A DNA stretch of 64,000 bases from Amoebidium appalachense (GCA_963693365.1 CAVNZM010000008.1:1488001-1552000), one strand, 5' to 3'. Counted from the stretch's first letter, positions 28,612-41,052 are shown. The notes: generated by a model from the letters alone, not told the origin. Numbers and translations: made by a program.

Positions 28612-29506
28612 AGAACACATGCACACACACAAATGAGAGCATGTGCACACACAGCACAATGCCCACACACCTACATACACACACACACACATTCATTGTC
28701 CGCGTATGCCCAAGCTCACACATGCGTGCATGCACACGGATAGACTGGTATGCATAGACACACAGGAATGTACAAAACTCAGACATTCAATGATTAATGG
28801 ACCGCCCACGGCACATTTGCCAACGGACGTACAAAGGCGCGTGCGCATGCAAGCATTTTCACACACGCACAAAAACACAAACAAACTTACACGCGGTATA
28901 ATTACACACACTACATATTCAACCACGCACATACCTGCACACACGTCTTTCTTATTTTCAATCCCCTCTACCTAAAAATTATCTCCCCCCTCCACACCCC
29001 TTCCCCCCCCCCCCCCCCCCCAACCCCCTCCACTTCCCTTTCCCTTGCTCTCTCACACGCTAAGAAACAAAAACCCACCCACACAAGCCAATGATTTTGT
29101 CTCGGTATATCTACCGGTATATCTGCCGTTCGGTTGGCATGGTAGTCTCGACATCGGATCTTATACACAAACGGCCGAGCTTGTTATCATCTAGACACGA
29201 ACACACTAAAATTGTAACCAACCAATAGGATTGCCCGTTGAGATCCACCTCATGTCTCTTGGTAGTCTGGGCCATCTAGACACCAACATAATAAAAAACT
29301 AACCAACCAATGGGCTTCTTTTTTTAGATCCTTGGCATGCGCTTGGAATTCTAGACATTAAGGGGGAGGGACAAAGCGTATTTTCGATTGTCGTACCGGG
29401 GGCGGCGCACTGTGCAGACATGTATCCCCCTAGCGAGGATGACTCTGTGGAGATAAGGGCTGCACGCGAGAAGATTAATCAGTACATTGGAACGTGGGTG
29501 CAGTAG
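19459..29506 (+). CDS. Secreted/lysosomal serine peptidase, family S28 (PRCP/DPP7/PRSS16-like), ~496 aa, 12 exons: 19459-19653, 20301-20447, 21234-21270, 21853-22025, 22964-23111, 23890-23974, 24941-25030, 26060-26198, 26709-26816, 27437-27543, 28049-28131, 29328-29506
   Basis: Signal peptide [21 protein letters not shown]. Family motifs [53 protein letters not shown] (catalytic Ser), [17 protein letters not shown] (Asp), AAHCADM (His). Phases consistent. Confidence 0.95.
25244..25591. repeat. Direct duplication of a ~140-bp unique block separated by (CA)n (period ~207 bp)
   Basis: 25244-25384 and 25451-25591 are nearly identical (CACACCGTGGCGCATTCC...TATATAGAGATAATCATAAAGGG). Confidence 0.9.
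28186..28640. repeat. Compound minisatellite: (CA)n interrupted by CATGAGAACAC
   Basis: About 10 recurrences of TGAGAA/TGAAAA inside CA tracts in S28 intron 11. Confidence 0.85.
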
Positions 29507-30221
29507 GTGGGGTGCGAGCTTATTGGTCGTTTGCAGATGGGGATTTAGCCTTTTATGGTTAGGTTGTAATGGGTTGTTGGGGTGCCCGCGTGCGCACGTG
29601 TGTGTTCAAGCGTGTGTTGGTGCTATTTGTGGTGTGTGGCGATGGGTGGATGTCTTGTAGGCTTTTTTTTGTGGCTTGAATGGGAGGTTTCTTGATGTGC
29701 GGCTAATGGGTTTGGTTCGCTTGATTAATGGCCTGTACGCTAGAATCTAGATGTTGCTTTGTGTTGGATTCTTTGTATGGTTAGTAGACTTTTGCAGATG
29801 TTGTAGGGTATTTATTTTCCAATCTGGAGCTAGGGTCTTTAAAAGGAAAACACATGATAGTATCACATAGGGATACAGGCTGGCTTCGAATTAACTTATG
29901 ATGAAGAGTTTAGGTGCTTTAAAACAAATGATCTTGGGACACCCCCCACTCTTTTATACTTTGATTATGAACTTTTCGTGATTGTAAAACATAGCAAAGT
30001 TTAACCCATTTGACTGTTTGAGGGTTGTTGGTATAGCTCCAGAATGTATAATAAATGAATTTAATATTGAAACTATGACTGCATCTGTTTCACCCTGATA
30101 CATACCGTATCAGATCAAAAGATGATTACACGCTGCATGAGACTCAGTATGGATCTCGGGCGGCGGAACCCAGTGGAACCATCCCTCCCCCCCCTCCCCC
30201 CTCCCCCCCCCAAAAAAAAAT

Positions 30222-30292
<71 letters not shown>

Positions 30293-30886
30293 GTGCTCTC
30301 GTGTGATGGCTCACACCTTCAGGTGCATTGGGAACGTTTTCTTGTGTGTGGTAATGCTGGTGGTGGGTGGGTGACTGGGTGGTGGTGGTGGGTGGGGGGA
30401 GGGGGGGGGGGGGGGGGGGGGGGGAGGGCGGGAGGGAGGCGGAGATGGGGAAGAGGAGGAGGAGGGGTTGGCTCTGCATCACCCGGGGAAGGATAGGTAT
30501 TGGCTTACTCGTCCCCCCCCCCCCCCCCCCCCCCCCCTCCCCCCTCCCCCCTCTCCCTCCCCCCTTTGACCGGCCCTCACACACAAAATTCGCACCTGCA
30601 TTCCAACGTATGCATGTCCACCCGCCCCGGTATGTGCACGTATATGAGTGTGTACTAGAGTCTTTTTGAGGGTGTTACAGTATTGTGCATAGGCCGGTCA
30701 CTCTGTGCAATTGATCATCTTATCATGGGGAAAACGGAGGTAGGTACGTATAGGGGAGACGGGGAGAGGGGGGGAGGGGGGTGGGGGGAGGCAGGGAGGG
30801 GAGGATTTGGAAGTGCACCTTTTCAAGTCGTTACCCCCCTCTCCCCCTCCCCCCTCCCACCCCCTCCCTCCCCTTCTCCCCCTCCT

Positions 30887-30943
<57 letters not shown>

Positions 30944-31530
30944 ATAAAAAAAAAAAAAGAGAGAGAGACAAAAAGGGGGGTTTGGGGGGGGGGGGGGGGG
31001 GGGGGGGAGGAGGAATTCTTGCAAGAGTTTTCCTGTGCACCTGTGGTTCCTCCCCTCCCCCCCCCCCCCCTCTCCCCCCCTCTCCACCCCCTTTTGGGAG
31101 GGGGCGGGGAGCGGAGCCACATGAATGCTGGGGGGGGGGGGGGGGGGGGGGGGGGGGGGCTAGGATTTCTTGCAAGTGTTGTTCCTGTTTTTTTTTGTTT
31201 ATTTTCCGCCCAACTTTCTTCCCCCTTACTCCTCCCCCTCCTTTTTTTTTTTTTTCGTTCCCCTCCTTTGTCCCATCTCCCCCCCCCCCCCCCCCCTTTT
31301 TTTTCCCCACCACCCCTCCCCCCCCCCCCCCCTCCCCTCCCCTGTGTATATCCCCCTTCCTCCCCTCCCCCCGGCCCCCCTCGCCGCCCCCACTGTTTTT
31401 GTTTGTTATCACCTGTTTGTTTACTTCACCTGGAAGATTAAATGACTATGGGAGAGTGGGTAGAGTGGGGGTATGGGGAGGGGAAGGGGAGGGTCTCCTT
31501 TGTATGTTATGGGGGAAGGGGGGTGGTGGT

Positions 31531-31568
<38 letters not shown>

Positions 31569-32035
31569 CTTATAGAAACCTACTAATGCCATGTTTTACG
31601 CTTTTGCAGGGTGCTTGGTTTGGGCCAACAGCCTGTGTAGGCATGGGCACTATATATACTTGCCAGATTGTCACCTTCTCTCGCGAACATACAGTACTTC
31701 ACTGCTCCTGGGCCCTGACTGAAAAAAGGAATATATGACACCCGAAATGCTAATCTCTAATATCTCGTGGATGAAAAATAGACCGACTGTCATATTTCAG
31801 GCTGCGAGTAAGGTCCTTCAGCATACTCATGTAGCCATATACATCACAAAAAATAGTCAAACACAACATCCACTGCGGCAACCCGTCTTCTCGAGCCCTG
31901 GGCCACCACACCACCCCAACTACTATCCGCCTCATCAATTTCAAAGTTTCACACATCATTTTTTTGATCGTCAACACTCTTGCAAATTACAACCATAATC
32001 AACATCATGACCTCCACAAAACTAAGCAAACACCT

Positions 32036-32901
32036 TTAACCGTCGCCGTTTTCATCCTCGCCAAGGCCATCCTCCTCCTCTCTGCGTGACCGTGTAGTCC
32101 ACGTAGACACACTGGTCGTGCCGGGAGACGGCCACCCAGCAGGCCAACCAGAGGGCCAAGACGGCCAAGAGGGGGTAGAGGGCCACTGAGAGGGTCCACT
32201 AGGGGGCCAACGTGGTCCGCTTGGAGGCCAGCTGGGAGGGGCGGGGGGCCACGGTGAGGGGGGTGGAGGGCGGGGAAGGGGAGGTGGCCGACGGGGGCCG
32301 GGGCCGGGGCCGGGTACAGGCCTAGTGCGACATTCCACAGCCTGACAGTTCCAGAAGCAGCCCTCCGGGGTCACGCCTGTCTGCTCAATGGCTACACAGG
32401 TGGTTTCGGTCTGTGCAGACGCCCCAAGAAGACCCCTGCGGGTGGGGCAGACGAGAAGGCAGCGACGACCGGAGAAGCTCTGACGGCGAGAAAGGTCGTG
32501 GCTGGGAGCAGAAATCTGTGGGTGGAGAGGGCCGGGTTACGTATACATATGTAGGTAGTAGTAGATATTATGATATTTACCGGAGTGCGTGTGTGGTTTG
32601 GGCAGATGCACCGATTTGGTTGTTTTTGCACCCGTTTGAAGAACTACCGACCACAAATTGACCACTTACAGTGTGCAAGTGTCTATATTGGGCTAGAAAA
32701 GCTAGCATTCCCTAGGCACGCATGGCAGTGATTATGCATATGTAGGGCGGGAATAATTCTGCGCACGGGAAAGAAACTTACGTAGTCAGTGGCATCGTCC
32801 TGTGTGGCAGGCACACCCCGGGCCCAGGCCACAGCAGCAAGCAGCAGCACTAGCAGCTTTGCCGTACCCATTCCCCAGCTCAGTCTACTAACGTGGCCCA
32901 T
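32036..32901 (-). CDS. Secreted 6-Cys / Trp-Pro-rich prepro-peptide, paralog A (~199 aa); exons 32901-32782 and 32515-32036
   Basis: MGHVSRLSWGMGTAKLLVLLLAAVAWARGVPATQDDATDY|ISAPSHDLSRRQSFSGRRCLLVCPTRRGLLGASAQTETTCVAIEQTGVTPEGCFWNCQAVECRT...WPSWPSGWPAGWPSPGTTSVSTWTTRSRREEEDGLGEDENGDG*. GTAAGT donor, CACAG acceptor, same phase-0 intron position as paralogs B and C. Confidence 0.88.
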
Positions 32902-32990
32902 TCCCAGTCCTCCTGTGTGAATAAAGACTAGTTTGCGTTGGTACTGGCTGTGGCTCGAGCTCGTTATGAAGCTCTTGGGTCGGCAGCGAG

Positions 32991-32999
32991 CTTTTATAG
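32991..32999 (-). promoter_or_regulatory. TATA box of paralog A
   Basis: CTATAAAAG on the - strand about 90 bp upstream of the ATG at 32901. Confidence 0.55.
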
Positions 33000-33767
33000 A
33001 CCCTCAACTGCGGGCATGCGTGAGGCTATCTAACTCATCATCTTTGCAAGATGTCCAATCTTCACACCATCTGCTTCTAGATACCTCCTGGGGCATTACG
33101 GCACGCGGAACTGCAAGACAGTTCATGACACGTGTTCATGGCCTTCACGGCAAAACGGCCCTTCATCTCAGTGATCTTGGCAAGTTGGAGCTTGCACCCG
33201 ATTGGTTAAGATGAGCGAATTGCAGTGGCTAAAGCTTAGTCAGCTGACTTTTACGACTTCTGATTCGTGTTTATTGCGCCCACAGGAATTTTTCCGCGTG
33301 CCGTACATTCGATGCAAAACAGCTGGCGCCGCCCGCGCCGGGCCTGGAACACAGACGGTTGTCAAAAGCATGCTAGTGTGTCGCGCTTTACAGGTTTTCA
33401 TACTGCTTCTTGCCTATCCCTGTTTTGATATAAAAAAGCGTTTACCGTGCAGTAGTCAGTACTATGTGTCAAAGTATTTACAAGGTCACTGTCTGATGCT
33501 GATGGACGTATACGCACCCACGTGCAGCTCCCACATGCACCATCGATCGACAGGCACAATGTCACATGCCAATACGCACAAACCACCCAGGTTGACCGAC
33601 GGTAGCCGCACTACCCCGGGCCGGTGCCAAAAGCCAGCTTTTTTGACAAATTGACACTAGTTAATAATCATTAGACGGGAGGGTAGCTTATGAGAGCTAG
33701 AGGTGCCGAGGCCAGGGGAGGATCATGGAAGAGCTCGAGGAAGGGAGCCTCCGGGAGGAGGCAAGGT

Positions 33768-33838
<71 letters not shown>

Positions 33839-34303
33839 CTAGGTCAATGATAAACCAAATAGTGCAAATCAGCTTTATGGTTTGTGTGCGTAGCACTGCG
33901 TGCGTGTACGTGCACATGTAATCAGTTGACAGCTCTTCATAATTTTGTGCGGTTCGGGCATGAGCCATGCGTAGTAGCCGGGAATATTTTTTCACGATCT
34001 AGCATTTTTTTGACAACACCTGCCAAGTACTACTGCACCACCGTTACCCGGCGTAATAGTGCCGGGCAAACCACGCAACTGTCAGGGCTGGGAAGGGTAT
34101 TTAACAATCAATTTTCAAAGAGGGCACCAGGTGCTTGCACACACCTAGGGCTTGTTCAGTAGCACTGCTGTCCGAGAGTTAAACAGGGCCTGGCATGTGA
34201 AGATTTTGCAGGACCTATTCCAAGGAATGCTGCATGCGAGGATCTAATAGATAGAAACAAACGACCCTGGAAAACAAAAACTGCCGCGGCAAGGAACACT
34301 ACC

Positions 34304-34472
34304 ATGAGCTGTCTACGTGGCCGTGGCTGGGGGTTGTGGGCTGTCGCGTTTGTGCTGGTGCTGTTTGGGGCTGTGGCCTGGGCCCGCACCGTACCTGCCA
34401 TGGAAGACCACTACGTGAGTGCTCTCGGAGTCCTCTTCCCTCCTCTCGATCCTACCCGCTTCCCCTGCCCCT

Positions 34473-34504
<32 letters not shown>

Positions 34505-35018
34505 ACCACCACCACCACCACCACCACCACCGGTACCACCACCACCACCACCCCCACCATTACCAACCCCCCCTCCCCGCCCCGCCCCGTCTTTCTTCTA
34601 CCGGCTCCTCCCCTCTCGTGAACCCGTCTCTCTTGAACCTTTATTAGGCTCCGTCCCCTTAGAGTGGTCATTAATGCACGTTTTCTTTCTACTACCACTT
34701 CATGCAAGCTTTTTGTTTGCCTCGTGAATCAATTGTCATCAGTTCATTGAAGACATGGCTCATGCTGTCCGTCCCTTCGTCTCCTTCCTTCGTTTCTGAA
34801 AGCTCGCATTGTCAGGGTTGCGCTTCTCCCCCCCCCCCCCTCCCCCCCCCTCCCCTCCCCCCCTCCCCCCCCCCCCACACACACAAACATGCACACAGAC
34901 ACACACACGCCCACACAAACAAAGTGTTGGCTGCTTCTAATCCGCTTAAAGTAATTTCCAAATCTTTGTCACCCAGGGATTGAGCTCCGTTTCTTCTTCC
35001 TTTTTTTTTTTTTTTTTT

Positions 35019-35060
<42 letters not shown>

Positions 35061-35590
35061 TGATACTCAGTGGGAAAGAAAAACCTGCCAATTTTTTTTG
35101 ACAATGCCTGGTGCAGTCACTGTGCCCTGACGTAGTTCGTTATCCTACATACAGTATCTCCTCCGGGCAAACACGCACCTAACTTTGTCTAAACCCACAG
35201 GGACATGGGCATCACGAGCATGTTCCCACCCACATCCTCTCTCGCCGCCAAAACTTCTCTGCCCAACGCTGCCTCCTCGTGTGTCCTCGCCGCTACCAAG
35301 CAGCTGCCTACGGAGGCACCCAGACCACCTGTGTAGCCATTGAGCAGACAGGGGTGACCCCCTCAGGCTGCTACTACGACTGTCAAGCTGTTCAATGTCG
35401 CACCACACCCATCCCTGGCCCCGGCCCCGGCCCCGGCCCCTGGCCCCCGCAGCCCAATCCCTGGCCTCCTACCCCCTCCTGGCCTTCTTGGCCCCCTGGT
35501 TGGCCCATCGGGTGGCCGTCTCCCGGCACGAGCAGTATATCTACGTGGACTACACGATCACGCCGCAGCAACGAGAATGAGTACTATTAA
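34304..35590 (+). CDS. Secreted 6-Cys / Trp-Pro-rich prepro-peptide, paralog B (~166 aa); exons 34304-34414 and 35201-35590
   Basis: MSCLRGRGWGLWAVAFVLVLFGAVAWARTVPAMEDHY|GHGHHEHVPTHILSRRQNFSAQRCLLVCPRRYQAAAYGGTQTTCVAIEQTGVTPSGCYYDCQAVQCRTTPIPGPGPGPGPWPPQPNPWPPTPSWPSWPPGWPIGWPSPGTSSISTWTTRSRRSNENEYY*. GTGAGT donor, CTAAC branch point, CACAG acceptor. Confidence 0.9.
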
Positions 35591-36186
35591 ACGATGTGGG
35601 CCCCTCTTGCTTTTCACCTTTTTCTCTTTTTGGTTCGGACGGGATGTTTTGGGGAGGAGGAGGAGGCAGGGGGGGGGGGGGGGGGGGGAGGGCTCGAGGA
35701 GAACGGGAGTTTACTGGTGTTGATCCTTATTCATTTACGGTTATGCACTTGTGTGTGAAATCAGTCAACGGACTCATGATGTAAAAAACGCGAGGGTGGC
35801 AGTTGATTGCATGCACACACGGTCAGACTCATACCGTAACGTCAAAACAACGGGGTTGGCCAACATAGAAGTGTACTTATGTCGCAACGAATACGCTACA
35901 TTCGACAACAGCTGTCCGGCTTCATGACGAATTTGGGTGCACACTACTTTTGTTAGTGTAAACTCAGTACGAGAGCCTGTACTTGTACTCACTTTTCTCT
36001 TTTTTCCCAAATTGACTGAGACCAAGGGAGGTAACGCCCCGGGTGATCAACAAAAACATAAAACTGTCCAACGGATCCAGGCTGCAATCAATATCGGTTT
36101 TGTCACTTGCAGTGTGGCTCAAAAGCTCACGAGCAAACCCCCCCTTCCCCCCGCCCTCCCCTTCCCCTCCTCCTCCCGGCCCCCTC

Positions 36187-36225
<39 letters not shown>

Positions 36226-36354
36226 CACCCCCCCCCCCCCCTCTCTCCCCCGCACAAGAAACACCCACCACCACCAACTCTACGTTCATCCCCATATGCA
36301 ATATCCCTTACTTATTCTCAGACGTCACCATATCCGGATCTCTCGTGCCCATCC

Positions 36355-36408
<54 letters not shown>

Positions 36409-37538
36409 GTACGATCTATATATATATCAGCACTCACGTGATCTTCCCCCCGGCCCCTCATCCTTTGAAACCTCAGAGTTTTCTGACCTGTCCAACCCGG
36501 CCCCTTGCCTCCTCCTCCCCCCCCCCTCCACACACACACAAACACCCTGGATTCCCCTCAAACATCCTTGGGCCCCCCGTATAAGGGGCTCGCAAAACGA
36601 AGGTAGGATTGAATCGGAAGTCTTCCCCCTCCCCAACCCCCTCCCCCTGTGTCCCCCTCCCCCCTCCCCCTCCTCTCCCCCCCCACCTCCCCCCTCCCCC
36701 CCCCCCCCCCCCCCCCCACACACACACGTGCACGTTGCTTTAGATATGTTGGTGCGTGCGGCTCCTGGTAAATGCTAGAAGCTTGTCTGCCAATCACAAC
36801 ACATGAACACAACGTACCAGAGAAATGTTTATCTTAAGGTGTTAACATTTTTGTGATTTTACATGATCCTAATGTAGGTGGTATGCACATATGTGTGTGT
36901 GTGTATGCGTGTGGGAGGGGAGGGATGGGTGGGTGGGTGGGGGGGGGATGCCGGGGTGGGGGGGGGGGGGGGGGGGGGGGGGGGGATGGTGGGGGGGGGG
37001 GGGGGGGGAAGGGGGGGTTGATGCCAATGACATGTACCAACAATTGAGTCATTCAAGCTCATTATACACATGCATATGTACACGTGCGTGGCACTGCATG
37101 GATGTGCGTGCACGTGTAATCAGTTTCAGTGTGTCGAGCATGAGCCATGGGTAGCAGGTGATGCTGTCCATATGCAGTAGAAATTGCTCAATATAATTTC
37201 AAAAGAATGTTTTTTTTTTTTTTTTGAAAACTTCTCCTCAGCACCTGCCAACTACACTGTGCTACACCCGGTTAATACGCCGGGCAAACCACGAAACGTG
37301 TAGCGTTCAACAGTATAAAACGACTCAGACACCAAAAAGAAAACCAGAAGCTCGCACGCATCTTGGTCATTTGGCAACGTCTCGGAGTTGTGGCCTGTCA
37401 ATATTCATTTAATTAAAGGTGCCAGGTCCTAGTCCAAAAGGCGTTTTACGTGACAGGCTGCCAGTTTCATGAAGCTTGCCTATAGTCTAGTTGAAGGAAA
37501 CAAAACTCCCTGAAAAACAAAAGCTGCCGAACACTACC

Positions 37539-37662
37539 ATGAGCTGCCTGCATGGCCGTGGCTGGGGGTTGTGGGCTGTTGCGTTTGTGCTGCTGCTGTT
37601 TGGGGCCGTGGCCTGGGCCCGCACAGTACCTGTCATGGACGACCACTACGTGAGCGTTTTCC

Positions 37663-37695
<33 letters not shown>

Positions 37696-38034
37696 GCTCC
37701 CCCTAATGCCACTCCCTGCTCCCCGCAGTGCCACCTCCCTCTCCTCCACCTCCCCCCACCCCCTCTCCGTGTCCCCTTCTGAGTCGCTAGTGCACGTTTT
37801 TTTTCCCTCACCGCTGATGTTATCCAAAGCCTTGCTGATTAATATCTGAGTGCAGTGGCATCGATTTATTGACGATCCAGACAATGCTCACCCTGTCCGT
37901 CCCATTGTCATTACTATTCCCTGAAAGCTCCGCTCTACGAAGAAAAGAAGCAAGTCCGGGTAGTAGAAGACCAGAATTAAAAGCAGCGCTTGCTTACTCG
38001 GGTTTGCGCCATTTAACCCGTCTTTCCAGTATCA

Positions 38035-38077
<43 letters not shown>

Positions 38078-38885
38078 CCTTCCTTTTACAAGCAAAAGAA
38101 AAAGAAGAAAAAATGGGGAACACAAAAAACAAAAAACAAAAAAAAAAAACAAAAAAAAAACACGCACCCACTCACCCACCGGCACGCATGCACATGTACA
38201 ACTTTTTGGCTTCGAATTTGCTTTTTCCCTTAAGCTTTGATACCCTGTGAAGCTCGAGCTCCTTTTTTTCCCCTTTTGTTTTCTTTTCTCCTTCTTTTCC
38301 TTTTCCTTTTATTTTCTTTCTTTCTTTCTTTCTTTCTTTTTTTTTTTGTGTGTATGTGTGTGTGTGTGTGTGTGTGGGAGGGGTGGAGGGGGGGGGTGGG
38401 GTTAACAGGGGGGGAGGGGGGGGGGGGGGGGGGGGGCGGGGGCGGGGAGGGGGAGAGAAAACCCTAGCCTGTCTGCCTGTCTGTTGCAGTGCCCCCAACT
38501 TCGTTTAACCCCACAGGGACATGGGCATTACAAGCATGTTCCCACCCACATCCTCTCTCGCCGCCAGAACCCTTCCGGCCAGCAGTGCCTCCTCGTGTGC
38601 CCCAGCCCTCTCTCTGGCCCCATGGGCCGTGGGGGTCAGACGGCGTGTGTTGCCGTTGAGCAGATGGACAGGGCGCCTTCAGGCTGCTACTACGACTGCC
38701 AGTGGGCCTTTGCGTGCCAAACTACTCTCAGCACCATTCCCGGTTTGGGCTCCACCCCATGGCCCGAACAGCCCAACCTCTGAGTCCCAGGCTGGCCCAT
38801 CGGGTGGCCTGCTCGCGGCACGACCAGCACGAGCACGTGGACAACACTGTCTAGCCGCAGCAGCGAGGACTATTATAATGAATGA
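37539..38885 (+). CDS. Paralog C of the secreted peptide family; exons 37539-37649 and 38517-38783, with in-frame TGA at 38781 and homologous frame continuing to 38885 (truncated gene, pseudogene or readthrough)
   Basis: MSCLHGRGWGLWAVAFVLLLFGAVAWARTVPVMDDHY|GHGHYKHVPTHILSRRQNPSGQQCLLVCPSPLSGPMGRGGQTACVAVEQMDRAPSGCYYDCQWAFACQT...PWPEQPNL*VPGWPIGWPARGTTSTSTWTTLSSRSSEDYYNE*. Confidence 0.85.
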
Positions 38886-39794
38886 ACTATCATCATACTA
38901 TCCCAATTACATGTGTTGCTTTCGTGTTTCCCTTCTTTTGGAGGGGGGGGGGGGGGGGTTGTGTGGGGTGGTGGGGGGGTTGGGGTTGGGGGGGGGGGGG
39001 GGGGGGGGGAGAAGGGAGCAAAAGCAGAGCAGTTACCTGTGTTTAGTGTAATGTTTTTACATCTGCAGCAACGTTGTGTGAGATTCAATCAACGACCCAG
39101 GAATGCAAACGGTGCATTGAGCAGTGGCAATTTATTGGAGGCACATGTGTTTATGCATGTGTGGCAATATGACCCGTTTGAGAAGTGAATAATACTCGTG
39201 AAAAAATACAGTTCCACATTTGACATCAAAGCGGGATGCCAACTCCTGTTACGATGGCGAACTATGGTGTACAGCGCTAGTCTTGTGTGGCTGCAGTACG
39301 AGAGCATGTCCCGACTCAGTCTCAGAGACCTACCCTCCTTTCCCCCAAATTGAGCAGGTCGAACCAAGACTGATAATCGACATCGTACCAGGTTCCTGCA
39401 CCATGTGTAACGGTATGACGTTGGCCCATACGAATAATCCCCACGTGTAAATCCCCCTCCCCTCCCCCCCCCCCCCCCCCCTCCTCCTCCTCCCTCGAAA
39501 CCCACCATGAGTACCTACCGCCACCAACCAGGCTGTCTTTTTCTGATAAATGTAAGTATCCTTGGCTGATTCTCTGACATCACCATATTCCTCGTGCCCT
39601 GGCTTAACCCCCTCCGCCCCCTCCCCCACCCCCCCACCCCACAACCACACCACCTTCCCCTTTCCACCCCTTCTCCCCCCCTCCCCTCCCTCCCCCCCCC
39701 CCCCCCCCCCCCCCTATCCCCGGGATCGAGCTCGTCCACCTCACAAACTTTGAAAAGTTTACTTCAGGATTTACATAACTGTTCACAGCAAGTG

Positions 39795-39868
<74 letters not shown>

Positions 39869-39970
39869 AAAAAAAAAAAAGCACACACGCACACACACAC
39901 ACACACACACACATGCACATGTACACGCACACGCGCACACACACGCATACACACACGCACACGCACACTC

Positions 39971-40045
<75 letters not shown>

Positions 40046-41052
40046 CCCACACCAAATCCCCGCTCTCTCCCTCTCACACCTCCCCCAATCCTCAAATGCC
40101 TGCACACGACTTTTTTTAAGATGAATTATCGGATTTTAATTGAGTCCTCCCCCCTCCCCCTCCCCCCCCCGCTCCCCCATACACAGACACACACCACCCC
40201 ACCTCCTTCCTTCCCCCCGGGTTTCACCCCGGTCCACCCTGTCCCCCGTCTCCCGCGCCTCGGCCGGCTCCTATTCACAGACTCAGTGGCTTACCAACCC
40301 CCAAGACCCTCCTACTTGGCCCGCATCCTTCCCCGGCCCCAGTCCTTCTCCCAAGCGCCACACTAACTAACGATGCAGATCCTTCCCCCACCCGCCATTT
40401 ACCCTTCATCGTATTCTCACACGTTCGGTGCACGCGAAGAGGCAATGACAAAATCATGTTAGGCAATACCCTCAGGTGGACGTGTCCATAATCAGGTGAT
40501 GTGCAATCTTTGACGCATGGTACAGATGGCATCTGCTAGATTCGCCACACATTAGCTTGATAGGGACATCTTCGCGATCAGCTTTGTATGAAATGGAAAC
40601 CAAGAAAAAAGATACGTAAACCGGAAGTAGAATTGACTCGAGGGGAAGTAAATTTTTTCATGTTCCCAGTGGGCAGCCTGCCACCGCCACCACTGTTAGT
40701 GCGTGCCTGGCAAATGCTAGAAGCTTGTCTGCCAATCACAACGCATAACCATAACCAAAGGAATGTTTAGGTATTATCATTTTTGTGACTTTATATGCTC
40801 TGAATATTTTATTACCGTAACACCGTTTTATAAGTTTAAACGATATGGTTTGATTGGTGTTAAAATCCTGCATACAAATTCTGATGTCACCATAAGGTTA
40901 CACAACTGTGACACCGTCCTGCCAAATTCTCAGACGGACTTCACAGATGACCTCACTACACAGAGACAAAGAATACAGATGTTTGCACCTTTTATTACAT
41001 ACATACATACATGGCATATCGGCATATATATTCTTAACGGTGTAATTCAACC

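Larger units (their letters stand above)
33900..40800 (+). repeat. Diverged tandem duplication carrying paralogs B and C (about 33900-36870 vs 37060-40800; boundaries approximate)
   Basis: Colinear shared non-coding blocks: TGAGCCATG (33961/37141), CACCTGCCAA...GCCGGGCAAACCACG (34017/37242), CAGTACGAGAGC (~35965/~39294), AAATGCTAGAAGCTTGTCTGCCAATCACAAC (~36770/~40712). Confidence 0.8.

Noticed and set aside
30180-31570. Alternating poly-C/poly-G and A/T blocks forming large imperfect inverted repeats
   Set aside because: Low complexity with no unique core or termini; homopolymer lengths may be unreliable.
33202-33654. 150-aa ORF between peptide genes A and B
   Set aside because: No motif or similarity; lies in the divergent promoter region and is probably spurious.
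38781-38783. Selenocysteine or UGA=Trp genetic code
   Set aside because: The position aligns to Trp, not Cys; no SECIS recognised; TGA terminates other genes in the window.
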